From Bacteroidota bacterium (GTDB lineage: Bacteria; Bacteroidota; Bacteroidia; Chitinophagales; Chitinophagaceae), in assembly GCA_037139075.1 (NCBI GenBank), contig JBAXHC010000001.1, positions 2,795 to 66,794 on the forward strand: DNA of 64,000 nt, written 5' to 3'. This document shows positions 37,016 through 46,166 of this stretch, one piece after another. The notes below the pieces were generated by a model. That model ran no database searches, was not told the DNA's origin, and worked only from the letters and a program-made list of their open reading frames with translations. Within the stretch, counting starts at the first letter, position 1, and each line of letters begins with the position of its first letter. Both the position numbers and the translations under genes were made by a program.

Positions 37016-37023
37016 CAAAAATA
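37016..37023 (-). promoter_or_regulatory. -7 promoter element (TATTTTTG on minus strand) for rsmE
   Basis: Exact TAnnTTTG match, 5 nt before ATG 37010; overlaps the U-tract of the dnaB terminator. Confidence 0.55.
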
Positions 37024-37053
37024 AATAAAGCGCCGGTAAATGAACCGGCGCTT
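37017..37053 (-). terminator. Intrinsic terminator of dnaB
   Basis: AAGCGCCGGT-aaatga-ACCGGCGCTT stem, followed on the minus strand by TTATTTATTTTT. Confidence 0.8.
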
Positions 37054-37069
37054 AGATAAGAAATATTAT

Positions 37070-38647
37070 TTAGAAAGGTTGTTCTGTTTCATAACCCTGA
37101 TCGAAGTCAACATCATTCATTTTACTCCCCTTCTGCAGATAGAATTTGGCCCCTTCACCAGCTCCGCCGGCAGATGGTGTAGGTATAGGTGCAATTGGTT
37201 TCCAGTTATTGCCAAGTCCTTCAATACTGCCACCATCACCTTCCCATTCTTCAAAACGCTGAATGGCTAAGTTTGCGCGGAGTTTAATAGTTTCTAAAGA
37301 TCCATTACGATGTTTTGCAATTCTGATATGCGTTTCACCACTTGTGCTTTCACCCATCTCATTACTCTTTACTTCGTAATATTCTGGACGATAGATGAAC
37401 ATTACCATATCCGCATCCTGCTCAATAGCACCCGATTCTCTCAAATCACTTAATTGAGGCATCTTACTTTCTTTTCGGGTTTCAACGGCACGACTTAACT
37501 GACTCAATGCAATGATAGGAACTCCTAATTCTTTAGCAAGTGCTTTAAGGTTTCTGGAGATATTACTGATTTCCTGTTCACGGTTTCCGCCCTTATCATT
37601 GGTTCCACTCATCAATTGTAAGTAGTCGATGATAATGATGCCTACTTTATGTTTGTGAACAAGCCTTCTTGCTTTTGCTCTAAATTCAAAAATATTTAGT
37701 GCTGCGGTATCATCGATATAGATTGGTGCTCTTTCTAATCTATTGATACCTTTTGAAATTAATTGTTGGTATTCGTGGTCTTCCAATTTACCGCGACTAA
37801 TTTTTTCCATTTTAATTTCACTCTCTGCACTTAAAATACGTTGTACTAATTGCGAAGCACTCATCTCCAATGAAAAGAAACCAACAGCAACGGGCTTTGT
37901 GGGATGTAATGCAGCATTGCGGGCAAGGTTAAGTGCAAATGCAGTTTTACCAACCGATGGACGTGCTGCAAGAATAATTAAATCTGTAGGTTGCCATCCA
38001 TAAGTAACACGATCTAATGACCCAAAACCACTCGGCACACCAGAAATTTCTTCTGTTTTGGTTCTTAACTCGTCAATCCGATTCATTGTTTTAGCAAGAA
38101 CCCCTAAAATTTCCTCGAAATTCTTTTTCAAGTAATTGTTAGTGATGTTGAACATTTTGGTTTCTGCTTCATCCAAAAGATCAAAAACGTCGGTACTGTC
38201 TTCGTATGCATCACCAATGATCTCACCACTTATGCGAATCAGTTCGCGCTGAATAAATTTCTGTAAAACTATTCTACAGTGTGCATCGATATTAGCAGTT
38301 GAAACTACTGAGTTCGTTAATTTTGTAACATAATAAGGACCACCCACTGCATCTAATTGTTCCTGAAATTTTAATTCTTCAACAACTGTTAAAAGGTCAA
38401 TTGGATCATTCTTTTGTTGTAATGCCTGCATGGCATGATAGATTGTTTTATGCGATTCCACATAAAAACATTCGGGTTTCAAAATTTCCGAAACGGTATC
38501 AAAAGCGCTTTTTTCAAGCATAATAGCTCCAAGAATAGCTTCTTCCAGCTCTTTTGCTTGTGGGGGTACTTTCCCATAAACCATGGTACTCAGGTCAACT
38601 GTAGTTTTTTTTCTCTTCCGGTCTTTGTTTAAACTTGTTAGGTCCAT
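37070..38647 (-). CDS. dnaB: Replicative DNA helicase
   Basis: PPQAKELEEAILG, AARPSVGKTAF, FFSLEMS, IIDYLQLM, LSQLSRAVE, SDLRESGAIEQDAD, IAKHRNG; no intein-sized insert. Confidence 0.98.
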   Translation of the reverse strand: MDLTSLNKDRKRKKTTVDLSTMVYGKVPPQAKELEEAILGAIMLEKSAFDTVSEILKPECFYVESHKTIYHAMQALQQKNDPIDLLTVVEELKFQEQLDAVGGPYYVTKLTNSVVSTANIDAHCRIVLQKFIQRELIRISGEIIGDAYEDSTDVFDLLDEAETKMFNITNNYLKKNFEEILGVLAKTMNRIDELRTKTEEISGVPSGFGSLDRVTYGWQPTDLIILAARPSVGKTAFALNLARNAALHPTKPVAVGFFSLEMSASQLVQRILSAESEIKMEKISRGKLEDHEYQQLISKGINRLERAPIYIDDTAALNIFEFRAKARRLVHKHKVGIIIIDYLQLMSGTNDKGGNREQEISNISRNLKALAKELGVPIIALSQLSRAVETRKESKMPQLSDLRESGAIEQDADMVMFIYRPEYYEVKSNEMGESTSGETHIRIAKHRNGSLETIKLRANLAIQRFEEWEGDGGSIEGLGNNWKPIAPIPTPSAGGAGEGAKFYLQKGSKMNDVDFDQGYETEQPF

Positions 38648-38791
38648 GGTTATCTAAGGGGTTAGTAGTAAACACTTGGTTGTTCGGGTGATCAAATTAA
38701 ATTTCCGGAAAACCTTTGTCGATGATTTATCGGTAAGGGGAACGAATATGCCTCAAGAAATCCGGTTGTTAAAATTTTTTAGTATCAATAT

Positions 38792-38921
38792 TCGTCCACA
38801 GGTTATTCCACCTTCATTCACATAAAAATAGCAACTATCCACAGAAAAAATAAGAGTTATACACTAATTTCAAAAGTTTTCCGCCCAAATCTAGCCATTT
38901 TGCACAAGTCCTTGTGCAGAA
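38792..38921. promoter_or_regulatory. Cluster of DnaA-box-like 9-mers (candidate oriC or DnaA-regulated site)
   Basis: TCGTCCACA 38792, TATTCCACC 38804, TCATTCACA 38814, CTATCCACA 38835, TTATACACT 38857, TTTTCCGCC 38877, TTTTGCACA 38898, and inverted TTCTGCACA 38913-38921. Confidence 0.6.
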
Positions 38922-39068
38922 AGATTTCTAAAATAATTGTACTGATTCTTCAAAATTAAATGTAAATGAAAAAGCATTTTTTTGATTTCTCTATTGTATA
39001 ATGGACTTTGGTTATACTGTAATAGGGGGCTAAAGTCAACTTAGACCTTATATCCCATTTTTATCACT

Positions 39069-39076
39069 TATTTTTG
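39069..39076 (+). promoter_or_regulatory. -7 promoter element (TATTTTTG) for pheT
   Basis: Exact TAnnTTTG match, 23 nt before ATG 39100. Confidence 0.55.
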
Positions 39077-39099
39077 AAACTCGAAAAGAGATTGATATT

Positions 39100-41508
39100 A
39101 TGACCATTAGTTACAACTGGCTTAGTGAGTACCTCCCTGAAACCTTAGATCCTGAAAAATTATCAAGGATACTTACGTCGATTGGATTAGAAGTAGAAAG
39201 TTTAGAAAGATTCCAATCTATTAAAGGCGGATTAGAAGGGCTTGTAATTGGAGAAGTATTAGCATGTGAGCAACATCCCAATGCAGATAAATTAAAAGTT
39301 ACAAAAGTAAATATTGGCAAAGAGGATTCTTTACAAATAGTTTGTGGCGCTTCTAATGTGGCTGTAGGACAAAAAGTAGTGGTTGCTACTTTGGGAACTA
39401 CTATTTATCCATCGAGCGGGGAGCCTTTAACAATGAAAATTGCAAAGATTCGTGGAGTTGAAAGTTATGGTATGATTTGTGCCGAAGACGAAATAGGAAT
39501 GGGCACAAGTCATGATGGAATTCTAATACTTCCAGAAGGCTTGAATCCCGGAACCCCTGCAACTACATATTTTCAGCCCTATAGTGATTGGATTTATGAA
39601 ATCGGGCTAACTCCAAACAGAATGGATGCCATGAGTCATTTTGGTGTGGCAAGAGACGTATGTGCTTATTTAACGCACCATCAAAAAGATGTGAGAGTTA
39701 AAACACCTTTCAGCAATGGATTTAAAATTGACAATACTAACCTGCCAATAAAAGTTACTGTTGAAAATACTGAAGCATGTCCCAGATATGCTGGTATAAG
39801 TATTAGTGGAGTTGAGGTAAAAGAATCTCCACAATCGTTAAAGAACAGGTTGCTTGCTATTGGATTGAGACCCATTAATAATATCGTAGACATCACCAAT
39901 TTTATATTGCATGAAACTGGACAGCCTTTGCATGCTTTTGATGCAGATGCAATAAAAGGTGCACATATAATAGTGAAAAATGAAGCAGAAGGAACTGTTT
40001 TTACAACACTGGATGGCAAAGAAAGAAAACTAAGTAGTAAAGATTTGATGATTTGCAATGCGGAGGAAGGCATGTGTATCGCTGGAGTATATGGCGGAAA
40101 AGAAAGTGGGGTATCAGCTACAACCAAAAATATCTTTTTGGAAAGTGCCTGGTTCAATCCTTCTAGTATTCGTATTAGTTCTGTGTTTCATGGATTAAGA
40201 ACAGATGCCGCTACTCGTTTTGAAAAAGGTGTTGATATTGATAATACAGTTAATGTATTAAAAAGAGCTGCACTGATGATCAAAGAATTGGCTGGTGGTG
40301 AAATTTCAAGTGAAATTGTAGATGTATATCCTTCCCCTCAACCAAAAACTGAAATTTCATTAAAACACCACTATCTCAAAAAACTCAGTGGCAAAAATTA
40401 TCATGCTGATAAAGTAAATAGAATTTTAACAGCACTTGGTTTTGAAATATTGAAAGAGGGAATGGATGAATTGCGTGTTGCTGTTCCTAGAAGCAAACCG
40501 GATATAAGTTTACCCTGCGATATTGTAGAAGAAATCATTCGGATAGATGGTTTGGATAATATTGAAATCCCTTCTACCATTTCTATAAGTCCAGCCACTG
40601 ATCTGTCTGCACTAAAGGAGAACCTGAAAGATAAAATTGCCAATTATTTAGTTGGGCAAGGGTTCATTGAAATCCTTACAAATAGCATTACAAATAGCAA
40701 ATATTTTGGTGAAGAAGTGTTGGGCAAGTCGGTTAAAATGATCAATAACTTAAGCGCTGATTTAGACATTTTAAGGCCATCCATGTTGGAAACAGGTTTG
40801 GAAACTATAGCTTATAATCTCAACAGAAAAAACAACAATCTTCAGTGTTTTGAATTTGGTAAAACCTATAGCAGCAATGGCCCTGGCGAATATAGCGAAG
40901 CAGAGCATTTGGCTTTATATTTTACCGGAATGGATCAAGAAGAAAGCTGGCATCAGAAAAGTAGAAGTTTTGATATTTATAAGGCCAAAGGAATTGTGGC
41001 AGCCATTATGCAATTGGCAGGAATAGGCGGATTGCAACTCAGTTTGCTGGAAAATACTATTTTGATCAAAGCGGGTAAAAAGGAATTGGGTAGCATTGTT
41101 ACAGTATCAAATAAACAGCTATTAAATTTTGATATTAAACAAGCCGTTTATTTTGTGGATATCGATTTTGTATCACTCTTAAATTTGGTAGAACAGCGTA
41201 AGATCGTATATAAAGAGGTAAATAAGTTTCCTGCAATGCAGCGCGACTTAGCGCTAGTAGTAGATCGATTAATAAGCTTTGACGCGATTGATCAGCAAGT
41301 TCGTAAAACACAAATATCGAAATTGAAACAGGTACGATTATTCGATGTGTTTGAAAGCGATAAATTAGGAGCTGATAAAAAATCCATGGCGGTGAGTTTT
41401 ACTTTTGAGGATGATCAAAAAACCCTTACCGACAAAGAAGTGGATGAGATGGTTGCAAAACTGATTCGTCAATTTGAAAAGGAATTGGGAGCAGAAATAA
41501 GAAAATAG
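39100..41508 (+). CDS. pheT: Phenylalanyl-tRNA synthetase beta subunit
   Basis: ISYNWL, HPNADKL, IRGVESYGMICA, TPNRMD, INNIVDITN, RFEKGVD, C-terminal FDX-ACB (RDLALVVD...KSMA). Confidence 0.98.
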   Translation: MTISYNWLSEYLPETLDPEKLSRILTSIGLEVESLERFQSIKGGLEGLVIGEVLACEQHPNADKLKVTKVNIGKEDSLQIVCGASNVAVGQKVVVATLGTTIYPSSGEPLTMKIAKIRGVESYGMICAEDEIGMGTSHDGILILPEGLNPGTPATTYFQPYSDWIYEIGLTPNRMDAMSHFGVARDVCAYLTHHQKDVRVKTPFSNGFKIDNTNLPIKVTVENTEACPRYAGISISGVEVKESPQSLKNRLLAIGLRPINNIVDITNFILHETGQPLHAFDADAIKGAHIIVKNEAEGTVFTTLDGKERKLSSKDLMICNAEEGMCIAGVYGGKESGVSATTKNIFLESAWFNPSSIRISSVFHGLRTDAATRFEKGVDIDNTVNVLKRAALMIKELAGGEISSEIVDVYPSPQPKTEISLKHHYLKKLSGKNYHADKVNRILTALGFEILKEGMDELRVAVPRSKPDISLPCDIVEEIIRIDGLDNIEIPSTISISPATDLSALKENLKDKIANYLVGQGFIEILTNSITNSKYFGEEVLGKSVKMINNLSADLDILRPSMLETGLETIAYNLNRKNNNLQCFEFGKTYSSNGPGEYSEAEHLALYFTGMDQEESWHQKSRSFDIYKAKGIVAAIMQLAGIGGLQLSLLENTILIKAGKKELGSIVTVSNKQLLNFDIKQAVYFVDIDFVSLLNLVEQRKIVYKEVNKFPAMQRDLALVVDRLISFDAIDQQVRKTQISKLKQVRLFDVFESDKLGADKKSMAVSFTFEDDQKTLTDKEVDEMVAKLIRQFEKELGAEIRK

Positions 41509-41562
41509 AGATTCCTAAAAACTATTAAATACCTTATTTTAGAGAAAGATTAATTTTAGTAG

Positions 41563-41850
41563 ATGGAAGAAATTTCTGTACAAATAAAATCTATTCAGGA
41601 AAAGCTGCAAGTATTGTTGAAGCAGCAGCAGCTTTTGCAGAAGGAGAACCAGAAATTAAAAAAGGATCTGGAGAAGTTGCAGACTGAAAATTTGCAAAAA
41701 GAAACTGATTTATCAGGAATGATTCATCAGTTGGAGTCTGCAAAAATTGGAGGTTCCCAATGGAATCCTGCAGATAAAATATTAATGGAGAAAAGGATTG
41801 ATGGTTATTTAAAAGAAATCGAGAAATGCCTTTTGTTACTGAACGCCTGA
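41563..41850 (+). CDS. Small coiled-coil protein upstream of zapA (ZapB-like by position)
   Basis: Heptad-rich 95 aa with C-terminal IDGYLKEIEKCL; 1 bp before zapA. Confidence 0.65.
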   Translation: MEEISVQIKSIQEKLQVLLKQQQLLQKENQKLKKDLEKLQTENLQKETDLSGMIHQLESAKIGGSQWNPADKILMEKRIDGYLKEIEKCLLLLNA

Positions 41851-41851
41851 T

Positions 41852-42151
41852 ATGATGGAAGAACTCATACCCGTAAATATTGTGATTGCCGACCGGACCT
41901 ACCGCCTTAAAATTGAGCCGGCAGATGAGGAGATGGTTCGAAAAACTGCCAGTCTTATTAATGACAAGATCTCGGAGTTCAAAAACAATTTTGCCGGAAA
42001 AGACATGCAAGACTATGTCTCTATGGCATTGCTTTGGTTCGCTACAGAACAAACCCAATCGGGCAACCTCCTCGTAAAATGGGGTGAATTAGCCCAACAA
42101 ATCAACTCTCTGGAAAAATCCATCGACAAAGCTTTACTGGAAAACAACTAA
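41852..42151 (+). CDS. zapA: Cell division protein ZapA
   Basis: VNIVIADRTYRLKI...EEMVRKTA...DMQDYVSMA pattern. Confidence 0.85.
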   Translation: MMEELIPVNIVIADRTYRLKIEPADEEMVRKTASLINDKISEFKNNFAGKDMQDYVSMALLWFATEQTQSGNLLVKWGELAQQINSLEKSIDKALLENN

Positions 42152-42281
42152 GGAAGGAGGGAACCAAATCTTTTCGCTTAATTTATTTAAGTATCTTCGC
42201 CTATTACGTATACTTATTAGGTTAAAATTAGATGTGTACGAGTGTATAGGATTTTGAATTATTATAAAAATTACCAAAACC

Positions 42282-43847
42282 ATGGATCAAAATGTTGTTT
42301 CTATTATAATTGGTGCCATTTCACTAATTGTTGGGGCTCTAGCGGGTAAGTATTTATTCGCCAAGAACACAAAAAAGCAGATCGAAGACGCAGAACATCA
42401 AGCGCAAACTATTTTAAAAGAAGCCGAATTAAGAGCTGAAACCGTTAAAAAGGAAAAGCAATTAGAGGCAAAAGAGCGTTTTGTACAATTAAAGTCAGAA
42501 CACGATAAAGATGTAATGGAGCGCAATCGCAAATTGGGCGAGGCGGAAAATAGAATTAAGCAAAAAGAGATTTCTATTAACCAGAAAGAAGCAGGCTTAG
42601 ACAAACAATCGAAAGAAAACGAAGCCATTAAAGAAAATCTGAACCGTCAGATTGAATTAGTGAACTTAAAGCGTACAGAACTTGAAAAACACCAGGAAGA
42701 GCATATTCGTCGTCTAGAAAAAATTGCTGGTTTAAGTGCAGAGGAAGCCAAGACTCAATTAATTGAAAGCTTGAAACAAGAAGCACATTCTCAGGCTTTA
42801 GGACTTCAGCAAGAAATTATTGAAGAAGCTAAACTGAAAGCAAATAAAGAAGCACGTAAGATTGTTATTCAGTCTATTCAACGAACTGCTGCAGAAGTTA
42901 CCATTGAAAACACTGTCACTGTGTTTAATCTGGAAACTGACGAAATAAAGGGCCAGATTATTGGAAGAGAGGGTAGAAATATCCGTGCTATTGAAGCAGC
43001 TACTGGTGTTGATCTGATTGTAGATGACACACCTGAAGCAATTATTTTATCTTCTTTCGATCCTTTGAGAAGAGAGATTGCTCGCTTAAGCTTGCAGCGC
43101 TTGGTGGCAGATGGTAGAATTCACCCGGCTCGTATTGAGGAAGTGGTTGAAAAAACACGTCGCCAATTAGAAGAGCAGGTAATGGAGATTGGTGAGAGAA
43201 CCGTGATTGAAATGGGTATCCATGGATTGCACAAGGAATTAGTAAGAATTGTAGGTAAAATGCGTTTCCGTTCTTCTTATGGTCAGAATTTATTGATGCA
43301 TAGCCGTGAAACAGCTAATCTATGTGGAATCATGGCTGCTGAACTAGGGATGAATCCTAAATTGGCTAAACGTGCCGGTTTACTGCACGATATCGGTAAA
43401 GTACCGGATGAGGAAACAGAATTGAGTCACGCATTATTAGGTGCCAAATTAGCCGAGAAATACGGAGAGAACCCAGCAGTGATTAATGCCATTGGAGCTC
43501 ACCATGATGAAATGGAAATGCAATATGTGATATCTCCAATCATTCAGGCCTGTGATGCCATTAGTGGGGCACGTCCTGGTGCAAGAAGAGAGATCATGCA
43601 GCAATATTTGCAGCGGATCAAAGACCTTGAAAACCTAGCAATGGCTTATCAGGGCGTTGAAAAAGCGTATGCGATTCAAGCTGGTAGAGAATTAAGGGTA
43701 ATCGTTGAGGCTGAGAAAGTTACGGATGGCGATAGCGATAAGCTTAGCTTCGAAATAGCACAAAAAATTCAGACAGAGATGACCTATCCTGGTCAGATCA
43801 AAGTAACAGTTATTAGAGAAAAAAGAGCGGTAAACGTAGCGAGATAA
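42282..43847 (+). CDS. rny: Ribonuclease Y
   Basis: N-terminal TM, coiled coil, KH domain ([13 protein letters not shown]), HD domain (GLLHDIGK...IGAHHD), IQAGRELRV. Confidence 0.97.
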   Translation: MDQNVVSIIIGAISLIVGALAGKYLFAKNTKKQIEDAEHQAQTILKEAELRAETVKKEKQLEAKERFVQLKSEHDKDVMERNRKLGEAENRIKQKEISINQKEAGLDKQSKENEAIKENLNRQIELVNLKRTELEKHQEEHIRRLEKIAGLSAEEAKTQLIESLKQEAHSQALGLQQEIIEEAKLKANKEARKIVIQSIQRTAAEVTIENTVTVFNLETDEIKGQIIGREGRNIRAIEAATGVDLIVDDTPEAIILSSFDPLRREIARLSLQRLVADGRIHPARIEEVVEKTRRQLEEQVMEIGERTVIEMGIHGLHKELVRIVGKMRFRSSYGQNLLMHSRETANLCGIMAAELGMNPKLAKRAGLLHDIGKVPDEETELSHALLGAKLAEKYGENPAVINAIGAHHDEMEMQYVISPIIQACDAISGARPGARREIMQQYLQRIKDLENLAMAYQGVEKAYAIQAGRELRVIVEAEKVTDGDSDKLSFEIAQKIQTEMTYPGQIKVTVIREKRAVNVAR

Positions 43848-43889
43848 AAAATATTCTGATTTAGCAGTAGTATTTTATAATTTTTTCTA

Positions 43890-43897
43890 TACCTTTG
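43890..43897 (+). promoter_or_regulatory. -7 promoter element (TACCTTTG) for rplS
   Basis: Exact TAnnTTTG match followed by CCGTCCGC, then an A-rich leader. Confidence 0.7.
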
Positions 43898-43919
43898 CCG
43901 TCCGCAAAAAAATAAAGTT

Positions 43920-44270
43920 ATGGACGCAGCAGTTCAGTTTGTACACGAGCAATTGACCGTGAAGAAAACATACCCTAAGTTTAAAGCAGGTGATAATATC
44001 ACTGTTAATTATAAAATCGTAGAGGGAGGTAAAGAACGTATTCAGAGTTTCCGTGGAGATGTAATTAAATTACAAGGCACCGGAGCTACTGCATCATTTA
44101 CTGTACGTAAGATCTCTGATGGTGTAGGTGTGGAGCGTTTGTTCCCTACCCTTTCACCAAACATTGATTCAATCTTATTGAACAAGTCTGGTAAGGTTCG
44201 CCGTGCCAAATTGTACTATTTGAGAGAGCGTAGTGGTAAAAGTGCTCGTATTAAAGAAAAACGTTTCTAA
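43920..44270 (+). CDS. rplS: 50S ribosomal protein L19
   Basis: [42 protein letters not shown]. Confidence 0.98.
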   Translation: MDAAVQFVHEQLTVKKTYPKFKAGDNITVNYKIVEGGKERIQSFRGDVIKLQGTGATASFTVRKISDGVGVERLFPTLSPNIDSILLNKSGKVRRAKLYYLRERSGKSARIKEKRF

Positions 44271-44289
44271 GAATTTCTTTGAAATAATT

Positions 44290-44328
44290 AAAAGCGGAAG
44301 ATTAGTTTTACTATTCTTCCGCTTTTTT
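44290..44328 (+). terminator. Intrinsic terminator after rplS
   Basis: AAAAGCGGAAGA...TCTTCCGCTTTT stem plus T tract. Confidence 0.85.
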
Positions 44329-44408
44329 GTTAAAACTTTTTTCTTTGGCATTATTTAATTGGAAGGCATGTCAATTGCCTTAACTTTGGTCACCTCAAAA
44401 CAAATTTT

Positions 44409-44609
44409 ATGGGCAATTTAGGATTTCAAGAAATTTTACTCATCGCAGTAGTAGTTTTAGTTTTGTTTGGCGGTCGTAAGATCCCAGAATTCATGAAAGG
44501 ACTTGGAAAAGGTATTCGTGAGTTTAACGATGCTAAAGACAATGTAAAGAAAGAATTAGAAGAAGGAATGAAAGAAAAAGATAAGACTGCAACACCTCCG
44601 CAAGCTTAG
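44409..44609 (+). CDS. tatA: Twin-arginine translocase TatA/TatE subunit
   Basis: [35 protein letters not shown]; preceded by TAACTTTG at 44381-44388. Confidence 0.95.
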   Translation: MGNLGFQEILLIAVVVLVLFGGRKIPEFMKGLGKGIREFNDAKDNVKKELEEGMKEKDKTATPPQA

Positions 44610-44637
44610 TTTAGTTTAATTTAAAGACTCTTAGGCT

Positions 44638-46065
44638 TTGTTTCGGTTCAGCTCTATCAAAGACTACCATACCGCATTACAGAACGGCCAAACCACTTGT
44701 GTGGAAGCCGTTCATTTTTATTTGGAGGCCATCAAAGAAAGACCACAGCTGAATGCATTTTTGGAAGTATTCGAAGCAGAAGCTATTTCTGAGGCGGAAC
44801 GACTTGATGCCAGAAGAATTAGTGGTGCACCCATTGGTAAAATGCATGGGGTTGTTGTTGGTATCAAAGATGTTATTTGTTACAAAGGCCATACTGTTTC
44901 GGCCGGTTCAAAAATCCTAGAAAATTTCAAATCTATTTATAACAGCACTGTTGTAGAAAAATTATTGCAGGAAGAGGCCATTATTATAGGCCGACAAAAC
45001 TGCGACGAATTTGCAATGGGTAGTAGCAATGAAAATTCTGCATTTGGAGCTGTAAGAAATGCTTTAGATGAAACCCGTGTTCCAGGCGGTTCATCCGGCG
45101 GATCAGCTGTAAGTGTTCAAGCAGGATTCACAATGATTAGCCTGGGGAGTGATACTGGTGGATCAGTAAGACAACCAGCCGATTTCTGTGGTGTTGTGGG
45201 CCTGAAACCAAGCTATGGAAGAATTTCGCGTTATGGTTTGATTGCCTACGCTTCTTCTTTCGATCAAATAGGTATTTTTTCTAAAACAGTTGAAGATGCT
45301 GCTATTTGCTTGGAAGTGATTTCTGGTACGGATGATTTTGACAGTACTGTTTCAGAGATACCAGTTCCAGCCTATGCTTCAGAATTGAATCCAACTCCAC
45401 GTAAATATCGGATTGCCTTTTTTAAGCAAGCTTTAGAACATCCTGGTTTGGATCCTGAAATGCGTGCGGCTATTACAGAATTTATTGAACAACTACGCCA
45501 GGATGGCCATATTGTAGATCCTATTGAATTTGATTTGCTCAACCATATTGTACCAACCTATTATGTTTTAACAACTGCCGAAGCTTCGAGTAATCTATCA
45601 CGTTTTGACGGAGTTCGATTCGGTTATCGTGCTCCATTGGTGCATGCGGAATTAAATGATATGTATAAGGCATCCCGTAGTGCGGGTTTTGGTAAAGAAG
45701 TGCAAAGAAGAATTATGCTGGGAACTTTTGTGTTGAGTGCCGGATATTTTGATGCTTATTTTACCAAAGCACAACAAGTAAGACGTATATTATTAAATAA
45801 GTCAGTGGATGTTTTTAGTAAATATGAAGCCATCATTTCTCCAACAGTGCCTTCTACTGCTTTCAAAATAGGTGAAAAATCAGACGACCAAGTTGCTATG
45901 TTTTTAGCTGATATTTATACGGTTTTTGCCAATTTGGTTGGGATACCTGCTATTTCCATTCCATTATTTACCCATAGTAATGGGCTCCCATTTGGCTTGC
46001 AAATTATGACTAATCATTTTGAAGAGACTACCATGTTGCAATTATCTGATCAATTAATGAATTGA
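44638..46065 (+). CDS. gatA: Asp-tRNA(Asn)/Glu-tRNA(Gln) amidotransferase subunit A
   Basis: IKDVI, NCDEFAMGSS, PGGSSGGSA, GSDTGGSVRQPA, SNLSRFDGVRFG, EVQRRIMLGTFVLS. TTG start. Confidence 0.93.
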   Translation: MFRFSSIKDYHTALQNGQTTCVEAVHFYLEAIKERPQLNAFLEVFEAEAISEAERLDARRISGAPIGKMHGVVVGIKDVICYKGHTVSAGSKILENFKSIYNSTVVEKLLQEEAIIIGRQNCDEFAMGSSNENSAFGAVRNALDETRVPGGSSGGSAVSVQAGFTMISLGSDTGGSVRQPADFCGVVGLKPSYGRISRYGLIAYASSFDQIGIFSKTVEDAAICLEVISGTDDFDSTVSEIPVPAYASELNPTPRKYRIAFFKQALEHPGLDPEMRAAITEFIEQLRQDGHIVDPIEFDLLNHIVPTYYVLTTAEASSNLSRFDGVRFGYRAPLVHAELNDMYKASRSAGFGKEVQRRIMLGTFVLSAGYFDAYFTKAQQVRRILLNKSVDVFSKYEAIISPTVPSTAFKIGEKSDDQVAMFLADIYTVFANLVGIPAISIPLFTHSNGLPFGLQIMTNHFEETTMLQLSDQLMN

Positions 46066-46166
46066 TAGTCAGATAGTTAATTAATTTTCAGTTGCTTTAA
46101 AACCTCCTTTCACATCCCCTTAAGTTATTTCGCAGTAATTTTGCCACCCAGCAATTATTAGCAACC

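Noticed and set aside
37070-38647. Intein in DnaB
   Set aside because: The length (525 aa) and continuous helicase motifs leave no room, and there are no splice-junction motifs.
38663-38671. TAGTAGTAA as DnaA-trios
   Set aside because: Only about three repeats, more than 100 bp from the box array, with no adjacent box in the expected geometry.
42152-42281. 6S RNA downstream of zapA
   Set aside because: The spacer is only 130 bp, has no long irregular hairpin, and is explained by an rny promoter and leader.
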